Source of the DNA: Dehalococcoidia bacterium
GTDB lineage: Bacteria > Chloroflexota > Dehalococcoidia > UBA2979
Length of the DNA stretch: 64,000 nt
NCBI GenBank assembly: GCA_964291495.2
Contig: OZ219872.1
Span: 608,001-672,000 of the forward strand
Direction: 5' to 3'
Part shown: piece by piece, positions 27,572-41,210 of the stretch
Numbering within the stretch: the stretch's first letter is position 1
Layout of the letters: every line of letters starts with the position of its first letter
Notes under the pieces: generated by a model
The model's database searches: none
What the model was told of the DNA's origin: nothing
Seen by the model: only the letters and a program-made list of their open reading frames with translations
Translations under genes and position numbers: made by a program

Positions 27572-28185
27572 CTACGGCAGAGGTAGATACCGCAACAACT
27601 CCGGCAGCCGCGCGATCACGTACAGCAGGATCATCGCGAAGATGAGGGGGCCGAGCAGGGCCGAACGGCCGCGCCGCCGCCTACGCCAGCGCCAGCGGCG
27701 TGGACGCTGCCGCCACTGGCCTTGCGCCTCGAGTCTGCTCCTGTAGCGCCGGAAGTCCCAGGGGCGCATCGGGTCGCGATCGGCCCACACGCCCCGGCCG
27801 CGCCTCCGCGCGCTCTCCTGCGCCTCCCGCAGCACTCGGGCGCGCGGCGCGTACTGCTCGTAGTGGTAGGCCCACCCCGCTCGACCATCGCCCGGTTCAC
27901 CGAAGGCCTGTCACCGCGCTCGTTGCGCAGCACGCCCAACACCCGACCGTACCGGTCGATGCCCGTCACACGCAGCACCAGCCGGCCGCGCGCCAGCCGC
28001 TCGAGGTGCCGCCTCGCCCGCTGCGAGTGCCGCTGCCCGATCTCGGGCGCGTCGATGCCATCGAGCCGCACCTCGATGTTCCGCCGCGATTGCGTGTCGC
28101 GCAGCTCAAGGGAGTCGCCGTCCATGACGCGCAGCATGCGGACGGAAACCTCGTCGCCTTCCCGGTAGGGCGGCGAGGCAGGCAT
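27572..28185 (-). pseudogene. Thermonuclease (SNase-like) with one frameshift
   Basis: DGDS, VRLDGIDAPE, DRYGRVL, NRAMVERG, then other frame WAYHYEQY...AQESARRRGRGVW; one G missing in G4 run at 27875-27878; real lesion or sequencing error. Confidence 0.75.
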
Positions 28186-28207
28186 GAGCGTCGCAGGCCA
28201 GGACGGC

Positions 28208-28651
28208 CTAGCGCGGAGCGGGCGGGGCTCCCGCGCCGCGCCGGCGGCGGCGGATGCGGATGCGCGCCTCCGCGCGCAGCAGCGAAAGGCGCGCCCGGGC
28301 GAGGTCGACGATCTCGTCGGCGGCCACGTCGCCCTCGAGGCGATGGCGAGCGCGCTCGCGGGCCTCCTCGGCCCGCTCCTCGTCGATCTCGTCCACGCGC
28401 TCGGCGGCGTCGGCGAGCACGGTGACCTCGTCGCGCAGCACCTGGATGAAGCCGCCGTGGACGACGATGTCCTCCTCGCCGTCGCTGCCGACCGCGATCA
28501 ACTCGCCGATGTCGAGGCTGGCCATCAGCGCCGCGTGGCTTGGCAGCACCGTGATCTGGCCCTCGGTGGTGGGCACGATCACGCGCTGCACGTCGTCCCG
28601 ATCGAGGACGGGCTGCTCCGCCGTGACGATTGAGAGCCTGAGCGGGGCCAA
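28208..28651 (-). CDS. atpC: ATP synthase F1 epsilon
   Basis: LSIVTAE, GQITVLPSHA, HGGFIQV, TVLADAAE; operon position. Confidence 0.93.
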   Translation of the reverse strand: MAPLRLSIVTAEQPVLDRDDVQRVIVPTTEGQITVLPSHAALMASLDIGELIAVGSDGEEDIVVHGGFIQVLRDEVTVLADAAERVDEIDEERAEEARERARHRLEGDVAADEIVDLARARLSLLRAEARIRIRRRRRGAGAPPAPR

Positions 28652-28654
28652 GCG

Positions 28655-30133
<1,479 letters not shown>

Positions 30134-31036
30134 TTAGGCCTCGATCGCCGCGGTGCCGCCGACGATGTCGAGCAACTCGCTGGTGATCAGTTCCTGTCGT
30201 GCCTTGTTGTAGGTGAGCGTGAGGTCCGCGACCATGTCGTTCGCCGCGTCGGTGGCGGCGCGCATCGCGACCATCCGCGCCGACTGCTCGGAGGCCGCGG
30301 CCTCGAGGATCGCCTCGAAGACCTGCATCTCCACGTAGCGCGGCAGCAGCGTCTCCAGCAGCGCCTGCGGCGAGGGCTCGAAGATGAAGTCGGCCGCCCC
30401 GCCCATCGACTCGCCCATGTCCTCGGGCGGCTCAATCGGCAGCAGCTGGCGCACGGTCGGCCGCTGCACGGCGGTGTTGATGAACTGCTGGAAGCCGACG
30501 TAGACCTGATCAATCTCGCCGTTGATGTAGTCCTCGGTCACGATCCGCGAGATCGGCAGCGTGTCGCCCATCGTCGGGTAGTCGCCGAGGTCCGTGAACT
30601 CCGCGATCTGCGGGAAGCCGGCGCGGCGGAAGAAGTCGCGCCCCTTGCGCCCGACCGAGATCACCGAGACCCGCTCGACGTGCGGCTGCCGCTCGAGCGC
30701 GAGATTCGCCCCGGCGCGGTTCATGTTCGCGTTGAGGCCGCCGGCGAGCCCGCGGTTGGCGGTGATGTGGATGAACGCGAAGTGCTTGACGTCGCGCTCG
30801 TCCAGCAGCGGGTGCAGCGAGTCGGCGTCGCCGCCGCCGCGCGCCTCGGGCGACCCGGCGAGGCGGGCCAGCACGGCGCGCATGCGCTCCGAGTAGGGTC
30901 GCGCGGCGAGCGCGCGATCCTGGGCGCGGCGCATCTTGGAGGCCGCGACGAGCTCCATCGCCTTGGTGACCTTGGCGGTGTTCTCGACGGATCGGATCCG
31001 CCCTCGGATTGCCCGGACCTGGCCGGCGCCTGGCAT
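30134..31036 (-). CDS. atpG: ATP synthase F1 gamma
   Basis: TKAMELVAASK, SEQSARMVAM, YNKARQELITSEL. Confidence 0.96.
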   Translation of the reverse strand: MPGAGQVRAIRGRIRSVENTAKVTKAMELVAASKMRRAQDRALAARPYSERMRAVLARLAGSPEARGGGDADSLHPLLDERDVKHFAFIHITANRGLAGGLNANMNRAGANLALERQPHVERVSVISVGRKGRDFFRRAGFPQIAEFTDLGDYPTMGDTLPISRIVTEDYINGEIDQVYVGFQQFINTAVQRPTVRQLLPIEPPEDMGESMGGAADFIFEPSPQALLETLLPRYVEMQVFEAILEAAASEQSARMVAMRAATDAANDMVADLTLTYNKARQELITSELLDIVGGTAAIEA

Positions 31037-31083
31037 CTAGCGCTGTCCCCGTTCCCCGCCCTCGAGGGGCCGCTGCGTCGCGC

Positions 31084-32592
<1,509 letters not shown>

Positions 32593-32632
32593 CCGCGTCT
32601 CCCCCTGGCCGTCGCGCGGGCCGAGCCCGCCG

Positions 32633-33190
32633 CTAGGCCGTTCCCTGCGCCAGTTGCGCGCGCAGCGCGCGCAAGCGCGAGCGCGCCGAACCATCGATCA
32701 GCCGGTCGCCGATGCGTACGACGGCGCCGCCGATGAGGTCCGGTTCGACCTCTGCACTGATCTCCACCTGCTGGCCCGTCAGCTCGCCGAGCTGAGTGGC
32801 GAACCACTGCCGCCGCTCCTCGTCGATCTCGACGGCCGTGCGGACCTCGGCGCGGGCGACGCCCCGCCGCTCGTCCAGCAGCTCCCGCACGTACGAGGCG
32901 ATCGAGGGGCCGAGCGCGAGCCGGCCCTTGCGCCGCAGCAGCCGCAGCAGGTTCAACTGCACCTGCCCGATCTCCGGGACGGCTCGGCGCACGATCGCCT
33001 GGAAGGTTTCGTCCGTCATGCCGTCACCCTGCAGCGCGGCCACGTAGGCCGGGCGCTCGGTCAGCGCCTCGAGGCCGTCGACCGCGTCCTCCCAGGCAGC
33101 GGCGCTGTCCGGGTCGGCGGCCACGAACTCCATGATCGCGAGCGCGTAGCGACGGCCCGCGACGTCCCGTGCGCCTGCTCCCTGGGCCAT
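32633..33190 (-). CDS. atpH: ATP synthase F1 delta
   Basis: RRYALA..., [19 protein letters not shown]. Confidence 0.92.
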   Translation of the reverse strand: MAQGAGARDVAGRRYALAIMEFVAADPDSAAAWEDAVDGLEALTERPAYVAALQGDGMTDETFQAIVRRAVPEIGQVQLNLLRLLRRKGRLALGPSIASYVRELLDERRGVARAEVRTAVEIDEERRQWFATQLGELTGQQVEISAEVEPDLIGGAVVRIGDRLIDGSARSRLRALRAQLAQGTA

Positions 33191-33207
33191 GCCTCGCCCC
33201 TCGCTCG

Positions 33208-33840
33208 CTAGTTCCGGTCGCCGAGCTCGCTGTCGACGAGCACCTCGTCGATCAGCCGCTGGTGCGCCGAGCGGTCGAGCGACTGCCCGATGACGCGCTC
33301 GGCGGCGGTGATCGTGAGGTCGGCGAACTCGCGCCGCAGTTGCTCGATCGCCTGATCGCGCTCGACGCGCACTTCCTCACGCGCCCGTTCGACGATCTGA
33401 TCGGCGTCGGCGCGGGCGCGTTCCTCGAGCTGGGCTCGCAGCTGCGCGGCGTTCTGCTGCGCCTGCGCGACCAGCTCGCGCGCCTCGCTCTGCGCCTGCT
33501 CGATCGCCTCCCGCGCTTCCTGCTCGCTGGCGGACGCCTGCGAGGCCGCCTGCGCGGCCTGGTCGAGGCCCTCCTGGATGCGCCGCTTGCGCTCGTCCAG
33601 CAGCCGGAGCACCGGCTTGTAGAGGAAGAGCCGCAGGATGATCAGCAGGATCGTGAAGTTGATCAGGTTGCTGACGAGCGCGGGCAGGCTGAAGCCCAGG
33701 GCGGCAATGCCCGAGGGCCCCTCCTCGGCGGCCAGCGCCGTGGCCGGCGCCGCCGCGAGCAGCACGCCCGCGGCCACGGCGGCCAGCCACAGGCCGCGCC
33801 GCCGCGCGCTCCCCGTCCGGCTGCGTACTCGGTGGATCAT
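33208..33840 (-). CDS. atpF: ATP synthase Fo b subunit with N-terminal signal-like extension
   Basis: NLINFTILLIILRLFLYKPV..LDERKRRI + coiled coil; start ATG 33840 uncertain. Confidence 0.9.
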   Translation of the reverse strand: MIHRVRSRTGSARRRGLWLAAVAAGVLLAAAPATALAAEEGPSGIAALGFSLPALVSNLINFTILLIILRLFLYKPVLRLLDERKRRIQEGLDQAAQAASQASASEQEAREAIEQAQSEARELVAQAQQNAAQLRAQLEERARADADQIVERAREEVRVERDQAIEQLRREFADLTITAAERVIGQSLDRSAHQRLIDEVLVDSELGDRN

Positions 33841-33865
33841 GCTCGCCCCGCTTCCTGCGGCTCGC

Positions 33866-34303
<438 letters not shown>

Positions 34304-35296
34304 TTACTCATGCGCGCCCCCGTGCTCCTCGTGCTCGTCGCCGTGATGGCTGACGGCAGTCTGGGCGAAGACGAGCGTGAGCATTGCAAACACAAATGCC
34401 TGGATCAGTCCGACGAACAGCTCCAGGCCGTAGAAGACGTTGATCAGCACCAGCGGCACCAGGAAGCTCATCATCAGCAACAGCACCTCGCCGGCGAAGA
34501 TGTTGCCGAAGAGTCGGAAGGTGAACGAGACGATCCGGATCAGCTCCGAGATCAGCTCCAGCAGGCCGACGAAGATGTCGATGATCCCCATCGGTTTGCC
34601 TCGCAGCAGGGGGCCGAAGGCGAAGAACTTCTTGAGATAGCCCAGGCCGAGCGCGGACAGGCCCCAGTACTCGACGAAGATGAACGACATCAGCGCCAGC
34701 GCGAGCGGCGCGTTCACGTCCGTCATCACCGAGCGGAAGAGCGGCGCGAGCAGGCCGGAGAAGGCGTCCCCTGCGTGCTCCGCCTCCAGCACGGGCTCCT
34801 CGGAGGTGTCGACGGTGTCCGCCTGGAGCGGGATATAGGCCAGGTCGACGCCGGCGATGCTGGTCTGCTCGAACACAGCCTGGATCTCGCCGTGGTCGGG
34901 TTCGGTGACCCCGACGGCGAAGTTCATGGGCAGCAGGCCGACGTAGTTGGAGACCAGCACGTAGAAGAAGATCGTCGCGATCACCGGGAAGAAGCGCCGC
35001 GCGTTGGCCTCGCCGACGACGTTCTCGATGAACCCGTAGAAGCCGCCGACGAACGCCTCGATTGCCCCGCTCAGGCCCGAAGGCACGAGGGTCATCGTCC
35101 GGTTGGCGTAGAGCGCGGTGACGATCAGCAGGACGACGACCACCCAGGAGGTGAACATCGTGTTCGTGACCTCGAGCGAGCCGATGTCGAAGACGTGCTC
35201 AGGGGCGAGGATGATCGCCGGCGTAGGCGGCTTGATCAGGATGAAGCCGCCGACAATCAGGACCACGACGACGATGGCTACCAGCCAGCCGCGCAT
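34304..35296 (-). CDS. atpB: ATP synthase Fo a subunit
   Basis: GLLELISE..SFTFRLFGNIFAGE, LELFVGLIQAFVF. Confidence 0.95.
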   Translation of the reverse strand: MRGWLVAIVVVVLIVGGFILIKPPTPAIILAPEHVFDIGSLEVTNTMFTSWVVVVLLIVTALYANRTMTLVPSGLSGAIEAFVGGFYGFIENVVGEANARRFFPVIATIFFYVLVSNYVGLLPMNFAVGVTEPDHGEIQAVFEQTSIAGVDLAYIPLQADTVDTSEEPVLEAEHAGDAFSGLLAPLFRSVMTDVNAPLALALMSFIFVEYWGLSALGLGYLKKFFAFGPLLRGKPMGIIDIFVGLLELISELIRIVSFTFRLFGNIFAGEVLLLMMSFLVPLVLINVFYGLELFVGLIQAFVFAMLTLVFAQTAVSHHGDEHEEHGGAHE

Positions 35297-35533
35297 CTAG
35301 CGACCCTTCCGCCCGTTCACCTCGGCGGCGCTGTCCAGCAGCCGCCGCAACTGGCGATATGCGCCAAGAAATCCCGCCAGCAGGCCCAGCACCAGGAAGA
35401 CGAGCGTCAGGAGCGGGTCCGTTCCGAAGTGACGATCGAGCAGACTCCCGATGATGGCCATTCCGGCAATCGACACGGCCAGATATGAGCCGATGCCGAC
35501 CAGCCCAAGGGCGGGCGACCTCCAGACGGACAC
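35297..35533 (-). CDS. AtpZ/AtpI family protein
   Basis: IGSLLDRHFGTDP..LVLGLLAGF; first gene of atp operon. Confidence 0.8.
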   Translation of the reverse strand: MSVWRSPALGLVGIGSYLAVSIAGMAIIGSLLDRHFGTDPLLTLVFLVLGLLAGFLGAYRQLRRLLDSAAEVNGRKGR

Positions 35534-35559
35534 ACCCCGTCCGGGCCGTGGCCGTCGGG

Positions 35560-35588
35560 AGCCTAGCACGGGCCGATCACGTGATCAA
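35560..35588 (-). promoter_or_regulatory. Sigma70-type promoter of the atp operon
   Basis: Minus strand TTGATC-N17-TAGGCT with extended TG. Confidence 0.6.
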
Positions 35589-35636
35589 ACCGATTGTGAG
35601 AAGTGGCACGAATGACCCTCGGACGCCGTCCCGGCC

Positions 35637-36176
35637 TCACTCGTCCTTGGTCTCGCCCTCGCCGAGATCGTCGAGATCGAGCTCCCCGATGAACTCGCTG
35701 AAGGCGGACAGTTTCTCCAGTTCCTCTTCGGTCACGGAGGAGGCGCGGCTGTCCCCGACCACCACCTCGCCCTCCGCGCTGAGCAGCACCCCGGCGCGGT
35801 CCAGCACGGACTCTTCGGCGTAGATCGGCGCCTCCGCGCGCACCGCCAGCGCGATCGCGTCCGAGGGGCGCGAATCGATCTCCACCGTGCCCCCGGGGTG
35901 CTCGACGGTGATGCGCGCGTAGAAGGTGTCGTTCTCGAGGTCGTTGACGACGATGTGCTTCACGGCGCCGCCGAATTCGCCGATCACGTTGCTGAGCAGG
36001 TCGTGGGTCAGCGGGCGCGCGACGGTGTGATTCTGCAGCCGCACCGCGATCGCGTCCGCCTCGGCGGCGCCGATCCAGATCGGCAGGTAGCGGTCCGATC
36101 CCTTCTCGCGCAGGATCACGACCCGCTGGTAGTTGCGGAGACTGACGCGAATGCTCTCGATGGTCATCTCGATCAT
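35637..36176 (-). CDS. Bifunctional nuclease family (DUF151)
   Basis: LPIWIG..EA, RPLTHDL, TFYA, IDSRPSDAIALA. Confidence 0.92.
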   Translation of the reverse strand: MIEMTIESIRVSLRNYQRVVILREKGSDRYLPIWIGAAEADAIAVRLQNHTVARPLTHDLLSNVIGEFGGAVKHIVVNDLENDTFYARITVEHPGGTVEIDSRPSDAIALAVRAEAPIYAEESVLDRAGVLLSAEGEVVVGDSRASSVTEEELEKLSAFSEFIGELDLDDLGEGETKDE

Positions 36177-36259
36177 GACGCGATGCCCCACGTCCGCGCG
36201 GACGAATCGAGTCTAGGTACGGCCTTCGCGAGGCGTCAACGAAACGCCGCGCGAGGCGG

Positions 36260-36523
36260 TCAGTCTACTCCGGCAGCGCCCGGAGGGGGTGATGCGCCGC
36301 CCTCGAGGGCCGCTTCGATCGCCGGATCGAGCGCGGGGCCGCGTTCCAGCAGCTCCCCGGCGCGGCGGCGCAGCGTCGGGCGGTCCATCAGCACGCGCCG
36401 CCCGCACTCGCGGCAGCGCAGCCCGATGTCCGCCCCGACGCGCACGACGTCCCAGTCGAATCCGCCGCAGGGATGCTTGCGCCGCAGCCGCAGCACGTCG
36501 CCGACACGCAGATCGAGGGCCAT
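36260..36523 (-). CDS. DUF951 family protein
   Basis: VGDVLRLRRKHPCG..W.VVRVGADIGLRCRECGRRV. Confidence 0.88.
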   Translation of the reverse strand: MALDLRVGDVLRLRRKHPCGGFDWDVVRVGADIGLRCRECGRRVLMDRPTLRRRAGELLERGPALDPAIEAALEGGASPPPGAAGVD

Positions 36524-36529
36524 CGCCGC

Positions 36530-37378
36530 TCAGTCCGCGCTCCCGGCGCGGCCTGGAGCGCGATCCGCGGTCCGCACCGCCTCGCGGAGCGCGTCGCGCA
36601 GGCGCTGCGCCTCGGCGCGCGAGGCGGCGGCGCCGCCCGCCGCGGGGTAGAGCACGCTGCGCGAGGCGTTGACGATGATCCCGCCACCGCGGGCGTCGAG
36701 CGCGGCGTGCACGGCGGCCTCCAGCTCCCCGGCCTGCGCACCCACGCCGGGCATCAGGAACAGCAGGTCCGGGCACAGCTCGCGGATCGCGCGCGCCTCC
36801 TCCGGGTACGTCGCACCGACGACGAGGCCGACGTTGCCGCGCGTGTTCCACTCGTTCGCTCGCGCCGCGACCTCGAGGTAGAGCGGCCGGCCCCCGCCGC
36901 TCACCAGCGCGCGGTCCTGCAGCTCGCCGGCCCCGAGGTTGGAGGTGCGGCAGAGCACGAACGCATGGCGTTCCTCGTGGTTGAGGAACGGCTCGACGGC
37001 GTCGCCTCCCAGGTAGGGGTTGACCGTCACGGCGTCGGCGCCCAGCACCTCGAAGACGGCGCGCGCGTAGAACTCCGCCGAGTTCCCGACATCGCCGCGC
37101 TTGGCGTCGAGCAGCACGGGGATCTCGTCCGGAATGCCGTCGATCAGCTGCAGCAGGGCCTCCATACCAACCGAGCCGCGTGCCTCGAAGAAGGCGGCGT
37201 TGGGCTTGTAGCAGCAGACCAGGTCCGAGGTCGCCTCGATCACGTCGCGCAGCCAGGCGTCCACGTCGGTCCCGGGCGCGAGGCGCGAGGGATCGGGGTC
37301 GAGGCCGACGCAGAGCAGCGAGTCGTTCGCCGCGGCGGCCGCCTCGTACTTCTCGCGGAAGCTCGCGCGCGCGCTCAT
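36530..37378 (-). CDS. pyrF: Orotidine-5'-phosphate decarboxylase (subfamily 2)
   Basis: CVGLDP, YKPN, DAKRGDVGNS, RTSN, VGATY, PGVGAQ, NASRS; ATGA overlap with murI. Confidence 0.93.
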   Translation of the reverse strand: MSARASFREKYEAAAAANDSLLCVGLDPDPSRLAPGTDVDAWLRDVIEATSDLVCCYKPNAAFFEARGSVGMEALLQLIDGIPDEIPVLLDAKRGDVGNSAEFYARAVFEVLGADAVTVNPYLGGDAVEPFLNHEERHAFVLCRTSNLGAGELQDRALVSGGGRPLYLEVAARANEWNTRGNVGLVVGATYPEEARAIRELCPDLLFLMPGVGAQAGELEAAVHAALDARGGGIIVNASRSVLYPAAGGAAASRAEAQRLRDALREAVRTADRAPGRAGSAD

Positions 37379-38226
37379 GCCGCGACCCCGCGAACGACCC
37401 GCAGCGGCGGCAGCGTGACGCCCGAGGCGCGGAGCCGCGCGGCGGCCGCCTCGAAGGCGTCCGGGTCGCCGCTCACGGCGCAAGAGACCGTTCCGTCGCC
37501 GTCCTCGGGGATCGTGATCGCGTGCTCCTCGAGCTGCTGGAGCACGCGCCGCGCGACCGGCTCCGCCGTCTCGATCAGCTCGACGTCCTCGCCGAGCAGC
37601 GCGCGCAGCGCCGGCCGTACGAACCCGTAGTGCGTGCAGCCGAGCGCGACCTCGTCGACGCCCTCGGATGGCAGTCCCGCAAGGGCCTCGCCGAGCAGCG
37701 TCTCGACCTGCGGCCCGGCAACCTCGCCTCGTTCGACGAGGTCGGCGAGGCCGGGCATCGGGATCGTGAGCACGCGGCTGTCGCCGGCGTAGCTGTCGTG
37801 CAGGCGCGCCAGGCGCGCGCCCTCGGCCGTCGCGGGAGTGACGAGCAGCGCGACGCAGCCGCTCCGGCTGCGCTCGACGGCCGGCTTGAGCGGCGGCTCC
37901 ATGCCCACCACCGGCACGCTGAGGCGCTCGCGCAGCGCCTCCAGCGCCGCCGAGGAGGCGGTGTTGCAGGCAACCACCAGCAGCCGCGCTCCGGCCTCGA
38001 TCAACCAGCCGCCGATGGCGAGCGAGCGCTCGACGATTTCCTCGGGCAGACGTTCGCCGTAGGGGAAGCGCGCCGTGTCAGCGACATAGCGCAGCGGCAG
38101 GCCGGGGCGGAGGCGGTGAATGGCGGCGACGACGGAGAGCCCGCCGACGCCGGAGTCGAAGATTCCGACCGATGCAGGGGCGCTCACGGGAGCGCTGGAG
38201 GGATGATCGGCAAGGCGACCTACCAC
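37375..38226 (-). CDS. murI: Glutamate racemase
   Basis: FDSGVGGLSV, PYG, ACNTAS, LGCTHY; start GTG 38226 (leaderless) or GTG 38187. Confidence 0.93.
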   Translation of the reverse strand: MVGRLADHPSSAPVSAPASVGIFDSGVGGLSVVAAIHRLRPGLPLRYVADTARFPYGERLPEEIVERSLAIGGWLIEAGARLLVVACNTASSAALEALRERLSVPVVGMEPPLKPAVERSRSGCVALLVTPATAEGARLARLHDSYAGDSRVLTIPMPGLADLVERGEVAGPQVETLLGEALAGLPSEGVDEVALGCTHYGFVRPALRALLGEDVELIETAEPVARRVLQQLEEHAITIPEDGDGTVSCAVSGDPDAFEAAAARLRASGVTLPPLRVVRGVAA

Positions 38227-38293
38227 CCATCGAGAGTAGGCGGCGGCGCCGTACGCAGGCAAGCGCGGCGGCTACGAGGCGAGCCGGGCGCCG

Positions 38294-39889
38294 CTACTCC
38301 TCGCCGTCCTCAACCTCCTCGCCGTCCTCGGAGTCCTCCGCGCCCTCGGGCAGCGGGTGGGCCAACTCCCAGGCGGCGAACTGGCGCTCGAGGTCGTCGA
38401 GCCGCCCGGGCAGCGGCTCGTGGCGCCCGTAGCGCAGGCCGTCAAAGGCGTCGGCGATGCGTACGAAGAGCGGCGCGTCGAGGCTGCGGCCGGCGGCCGC
38501 GGCGAACTCCAGCGCCGTCTGCCCGGGCCGCCGCTCGACGCCGCGCAGCCGCGAGGCGACGAGCATCCTGCCGAACAGCCGGTAGGCGCGGTTCAGGGCC
38601 AGCCAGCGCGGATCCGCGGGACGCCGGCGGCGCACCCCCGGGACCAGCGAGCGCAGCATCGCGGCAAGACCGCCACTGCTCTCGCCCTCGCGGACCTCGG
38701 CGTACTCCTCGGTCGTCTCGCGCTGCGAGCGGGAGAACAGCCAGCGCGACACGCGGTAGGCGATCCAGAGGGCGCCGGCGATCGCGAAGGCGCGCGCGGC
38801 GTCGCCGACCCAGCCGGGAATCCTGAAGCGCCCCTCGCGCTCCTCGTCCGGCTCCACCGGGCCTTCCGCGATATCGATGTTCACCTGCTGGAACTCGAAG
38901 TCGCTGCCGAACTGCCCGATCACCCACTCGATCACCCAGAAGATCGGGGTGACGACGATAATCAGCACCCACGCGACCACCGCGACCAGCGCCCGGCCGA
39001 TCGGCTCCAGCAGACGCTGCACCTCGAACAGCGAGAACAGGATGAAGAGCGCCATGACCACGCTGAGCGCGGCGATCGTGCCGAGCACGGAGAACACCCA
39101 CGGCGCGTCGCGCCGCGCGGCGGTCGGGTCCTCGGGCGCGCGGGCGGCGTGGGCGGTCGCGAGCGAGAGTGCGCCGAGCAGGAAGTAGGGCAGCACCAGC
39201 CAGCCGGCCACGTCCGCGCCCGACACCGCCGCGAGGAAGGCGACGGCCACCGCGACCACGAAGCCCACGCCGAAGCTGCGCAGGCTGCGCTCGAAGTTGA
39301 CGGGACTGCGTCCGGCGAAGAGGAAGCGCAGCCAGAGCAGGACGATCCCGCCGACCGTCACCGCCCTCGATGCCCCGAGCACGCGATCCGGGTTCGGGTC
39401 GGCAACGAACGCCTGGGGATCGATCGCGCCGCTGAACGTATCCCCGCCCTGGCCCCGCAGGTCGGCGACGATGCCGTCGTTCCAGGGCGCCCCGCCCCAC
39501 AGCGGCGCATCGGCAAGCGCGAGCTGCAGCACGGCGCTGAGCGCGACGATCGAGACCAGCAGCCCGGCGGCGGCGCGCGAGGAGACCGGCAGACTGCTCC
39601 TGGCGAGCACGCGCATCAGCGTGTAGCCGCCGCCGGCCACCAGCACGATCAGCAGCAGCGAGGGCCCGCCAATCGCGCTCTCGGCGGCCTGCTCGGCGAT
39701 CAGCCTCGCATCGTTCGCGCGATCGGGCTGCAGGAAGTCGCCGTCGGCGAGGCCGAACAGGATCTCCCGGGAGACATCGCGGAAGGCGTCGCGCTCCAGA
39801 CTCGTGGCAAAGGAGCGCAACACGACGAACCAGAGCAGCGCCTCGGCCGCGAGGAAGAAGAACGCCGCGAGTGGAGCGCGCCAGCTCAC
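38294..39889 (-). CDS. DUF4129-domain membrane protein
   Basis: Many TM helices; C-terminal RRPGQTALEF...FDGLRYG; GTGA overlap with DUF58 gene. Confidence 0.75.
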   Translation of the reverse strand: MSWRAPLAAFFFLAAEALLWFVVLRSFATSLERDAFRDVSREILFGLADGDFLQPDRANDARLIAEQAAESAIGGPSLLLIVLVAGGGYTLMRVLARSSLPVSSRAAAGLLVSIVALSAVLQLALADAPLWGGAPWNDGIVADLRGQGGDTFSGAIDPQAFVADPNPDRVLGASRAVTVGGIVLLWLRFLFAGRSPVNFERSLRSFGVGFVVAVAVAFLAAVSGADVAGWLVLPYFLLGALSLATAHAARAPEDPTAARRDAPWVFSVLGTIAALSVVMALFILFSLFEVQRLLEPIGRALVAVVAWVLIIVVTPIFWVIEWVIGQFGSDFEFQQVNIDIAEGPVEPDEEREGRFRIPGWVGDAARAFAIAGALWIAYRVSRWLFSRSQRETTEEYAEVREGESSGGLAAMLRSLVPGVRRRRPADPRWLALNRAYRLFGRMLVASRLRGVERRPGQTALEFAAAAGRSLDAPLFVRIADAFDGLRYGRHEPLPGRLDDLERQFAAWELAHPLPEGAEDSEDGEEVEDGEE

Positions 39890-41190
39890 CGCGCCGGCCT
39901 TGCGCGTCGCGGCGCCGTGCGCGACAGCACCTCGCGCGCCCGCGGCGGTCCGAGCGAGGCCTCGGCCTCCGCCAGCGCCTCCTGCTCGAGTCGCTCCATG
40001 TAGAAGGCGACCTCCGTCACGGGGATCGAGCCGGTGTCGACCGTCCACGGCGCCGACGAGGTCTTCACGACGTGCACCTCGTGACGCTCGCGGCGCAGCC
40101 GCTCCAGCGAGGCGACCAGGTCCTCCGTCATCAGCGCCGCCACGACGACGACGCTCGCGCCGATCGGCAGCGCCTCGCCGCGGCGCTCCAGCTCCAGCGC
40201 CAGCGGCGCCATCGCGAACGGGTTCGCGCCGGCGAGCGCCTCGAGGACGCGTGCGAGCTGATCCGGCCGGCGGCCGGCGCCGAGCCGGATCGGGCGGTCC
40301 GCCTCCGGCAACGCCCCGTTCGTCAGCAGGCCGAGCGCGGAGTGCGACTCGAAGGCGGCGCGCGCGACCGAGGCGGCGACCGTGACGCCCCGCTCGAGCA
40401 GCACCGGGTCCGTGCCCTCCCAGGTGTGCGGCAGCGTCATCACGTCGAGCGCGACCACGACCGCGAGCGCCCGCGAGGGCTCGTAGAGCCTCGACTGCAG
40501 CCGCTGCGCGCGCGCCGTCGCCTTCCAGTCGACCTGCTTGAGCGGATCGCCGGGGATGTAATCGCGCACGCCGATCACGCGGATCGGGTCGGGGAAGATG
40601 CGCCGCCCGCCGCGGAGCTCGCCGAAGGGGCGGTCGCTGCCGAGGCCCATGTCCGGCAGCGGGTAGGTGCGCGGGTAGACGATCAGCGTGTCCACGCCTC
40701 CCGCATCGATCTCGCGATCGAACAGCCCGAACAGATCGCCCGAGGACAGCCGCGCCGGACCGAAGCGGTGGTAGCCGCGATGCGTGGCATGCATCGTCAG
40801 CGGCCACTCGAGGCGGTCGCCGGAGCGCAGCGACGTGCTGCGCGTCAGGTAGACCGCGCCGTGCTGCCCCGAGGGCGTGGTGTGACCGTCGATCAGCGGG
40901 GCGGCCTCGGGGAGACGCTCGCGCAGCTCGATCCAGGGGACGGGCAGCCACTTGCGGTTGGCGAGGCGAAGCCGCAGGCCGACCTCCTCGCCGGTGAAGG
41001 CGCGCCGCTCGGACAGCTCGCGGCGGTACTCGACGTCCTCGAGCGCGAGCCGCGCCCAGAGTCGCGCCGCGCCGCCGGCGCCCAGCACCAGCGCGCCGAG
41101 GCCGAACAGCGGCGCCGAGCCGGTGAGCGCCCCAACGAAGACCAGCGCGAGACAGCCGCCGATCCAGGCCTCGGTCAGCAGCGAGCGCAC
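39886..41190 (-). CDS. DUF58 domain protein
   Basis: RGYHRFGP..GDLFG, VRDYIPGDPLKQVDWKATAR. Confidence 0.9.
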   Translation of the reverse strand: MRSLLTEAWIGGCLALVFVGALTGSAPLFGLGALVLGAGGAARLWARLALEDVEYRRELSERRAFTGEEVGLRLRLANRKWLPVPWIELRERLPEAAPLIDGHTTPSGQHGAVYLTRSTSLRSGDRLEWPLTMHATHRGYHRFGPARLSSGDLFGLFDREIDAGGVDTLIVYPRTYPLPDMGLGSDRPFGELRGGRRIFPDPIRVIGVRDYIPGDPLKQVDWKATARAQRLQSRLYEPSRALAVVVALDVMTLPHTWEGTDPVLLERGVTVAASVARAAFESHSALGLLTNGALPEADRPIRLGAGRRPDQLARVLEALAGANPFAMAPLALELERRGEALPIGASVVVVAALMTEDLVASLERLRRERHEVHVVKTSSAPWTVDTGSIPVTEVAFYMERLEQEALAEAEASLGPPRAREVLSRTAPRRARPAR

Positions 41191-41210
41191 GGGCGGGCCG
41201 CCCTCCGCGC

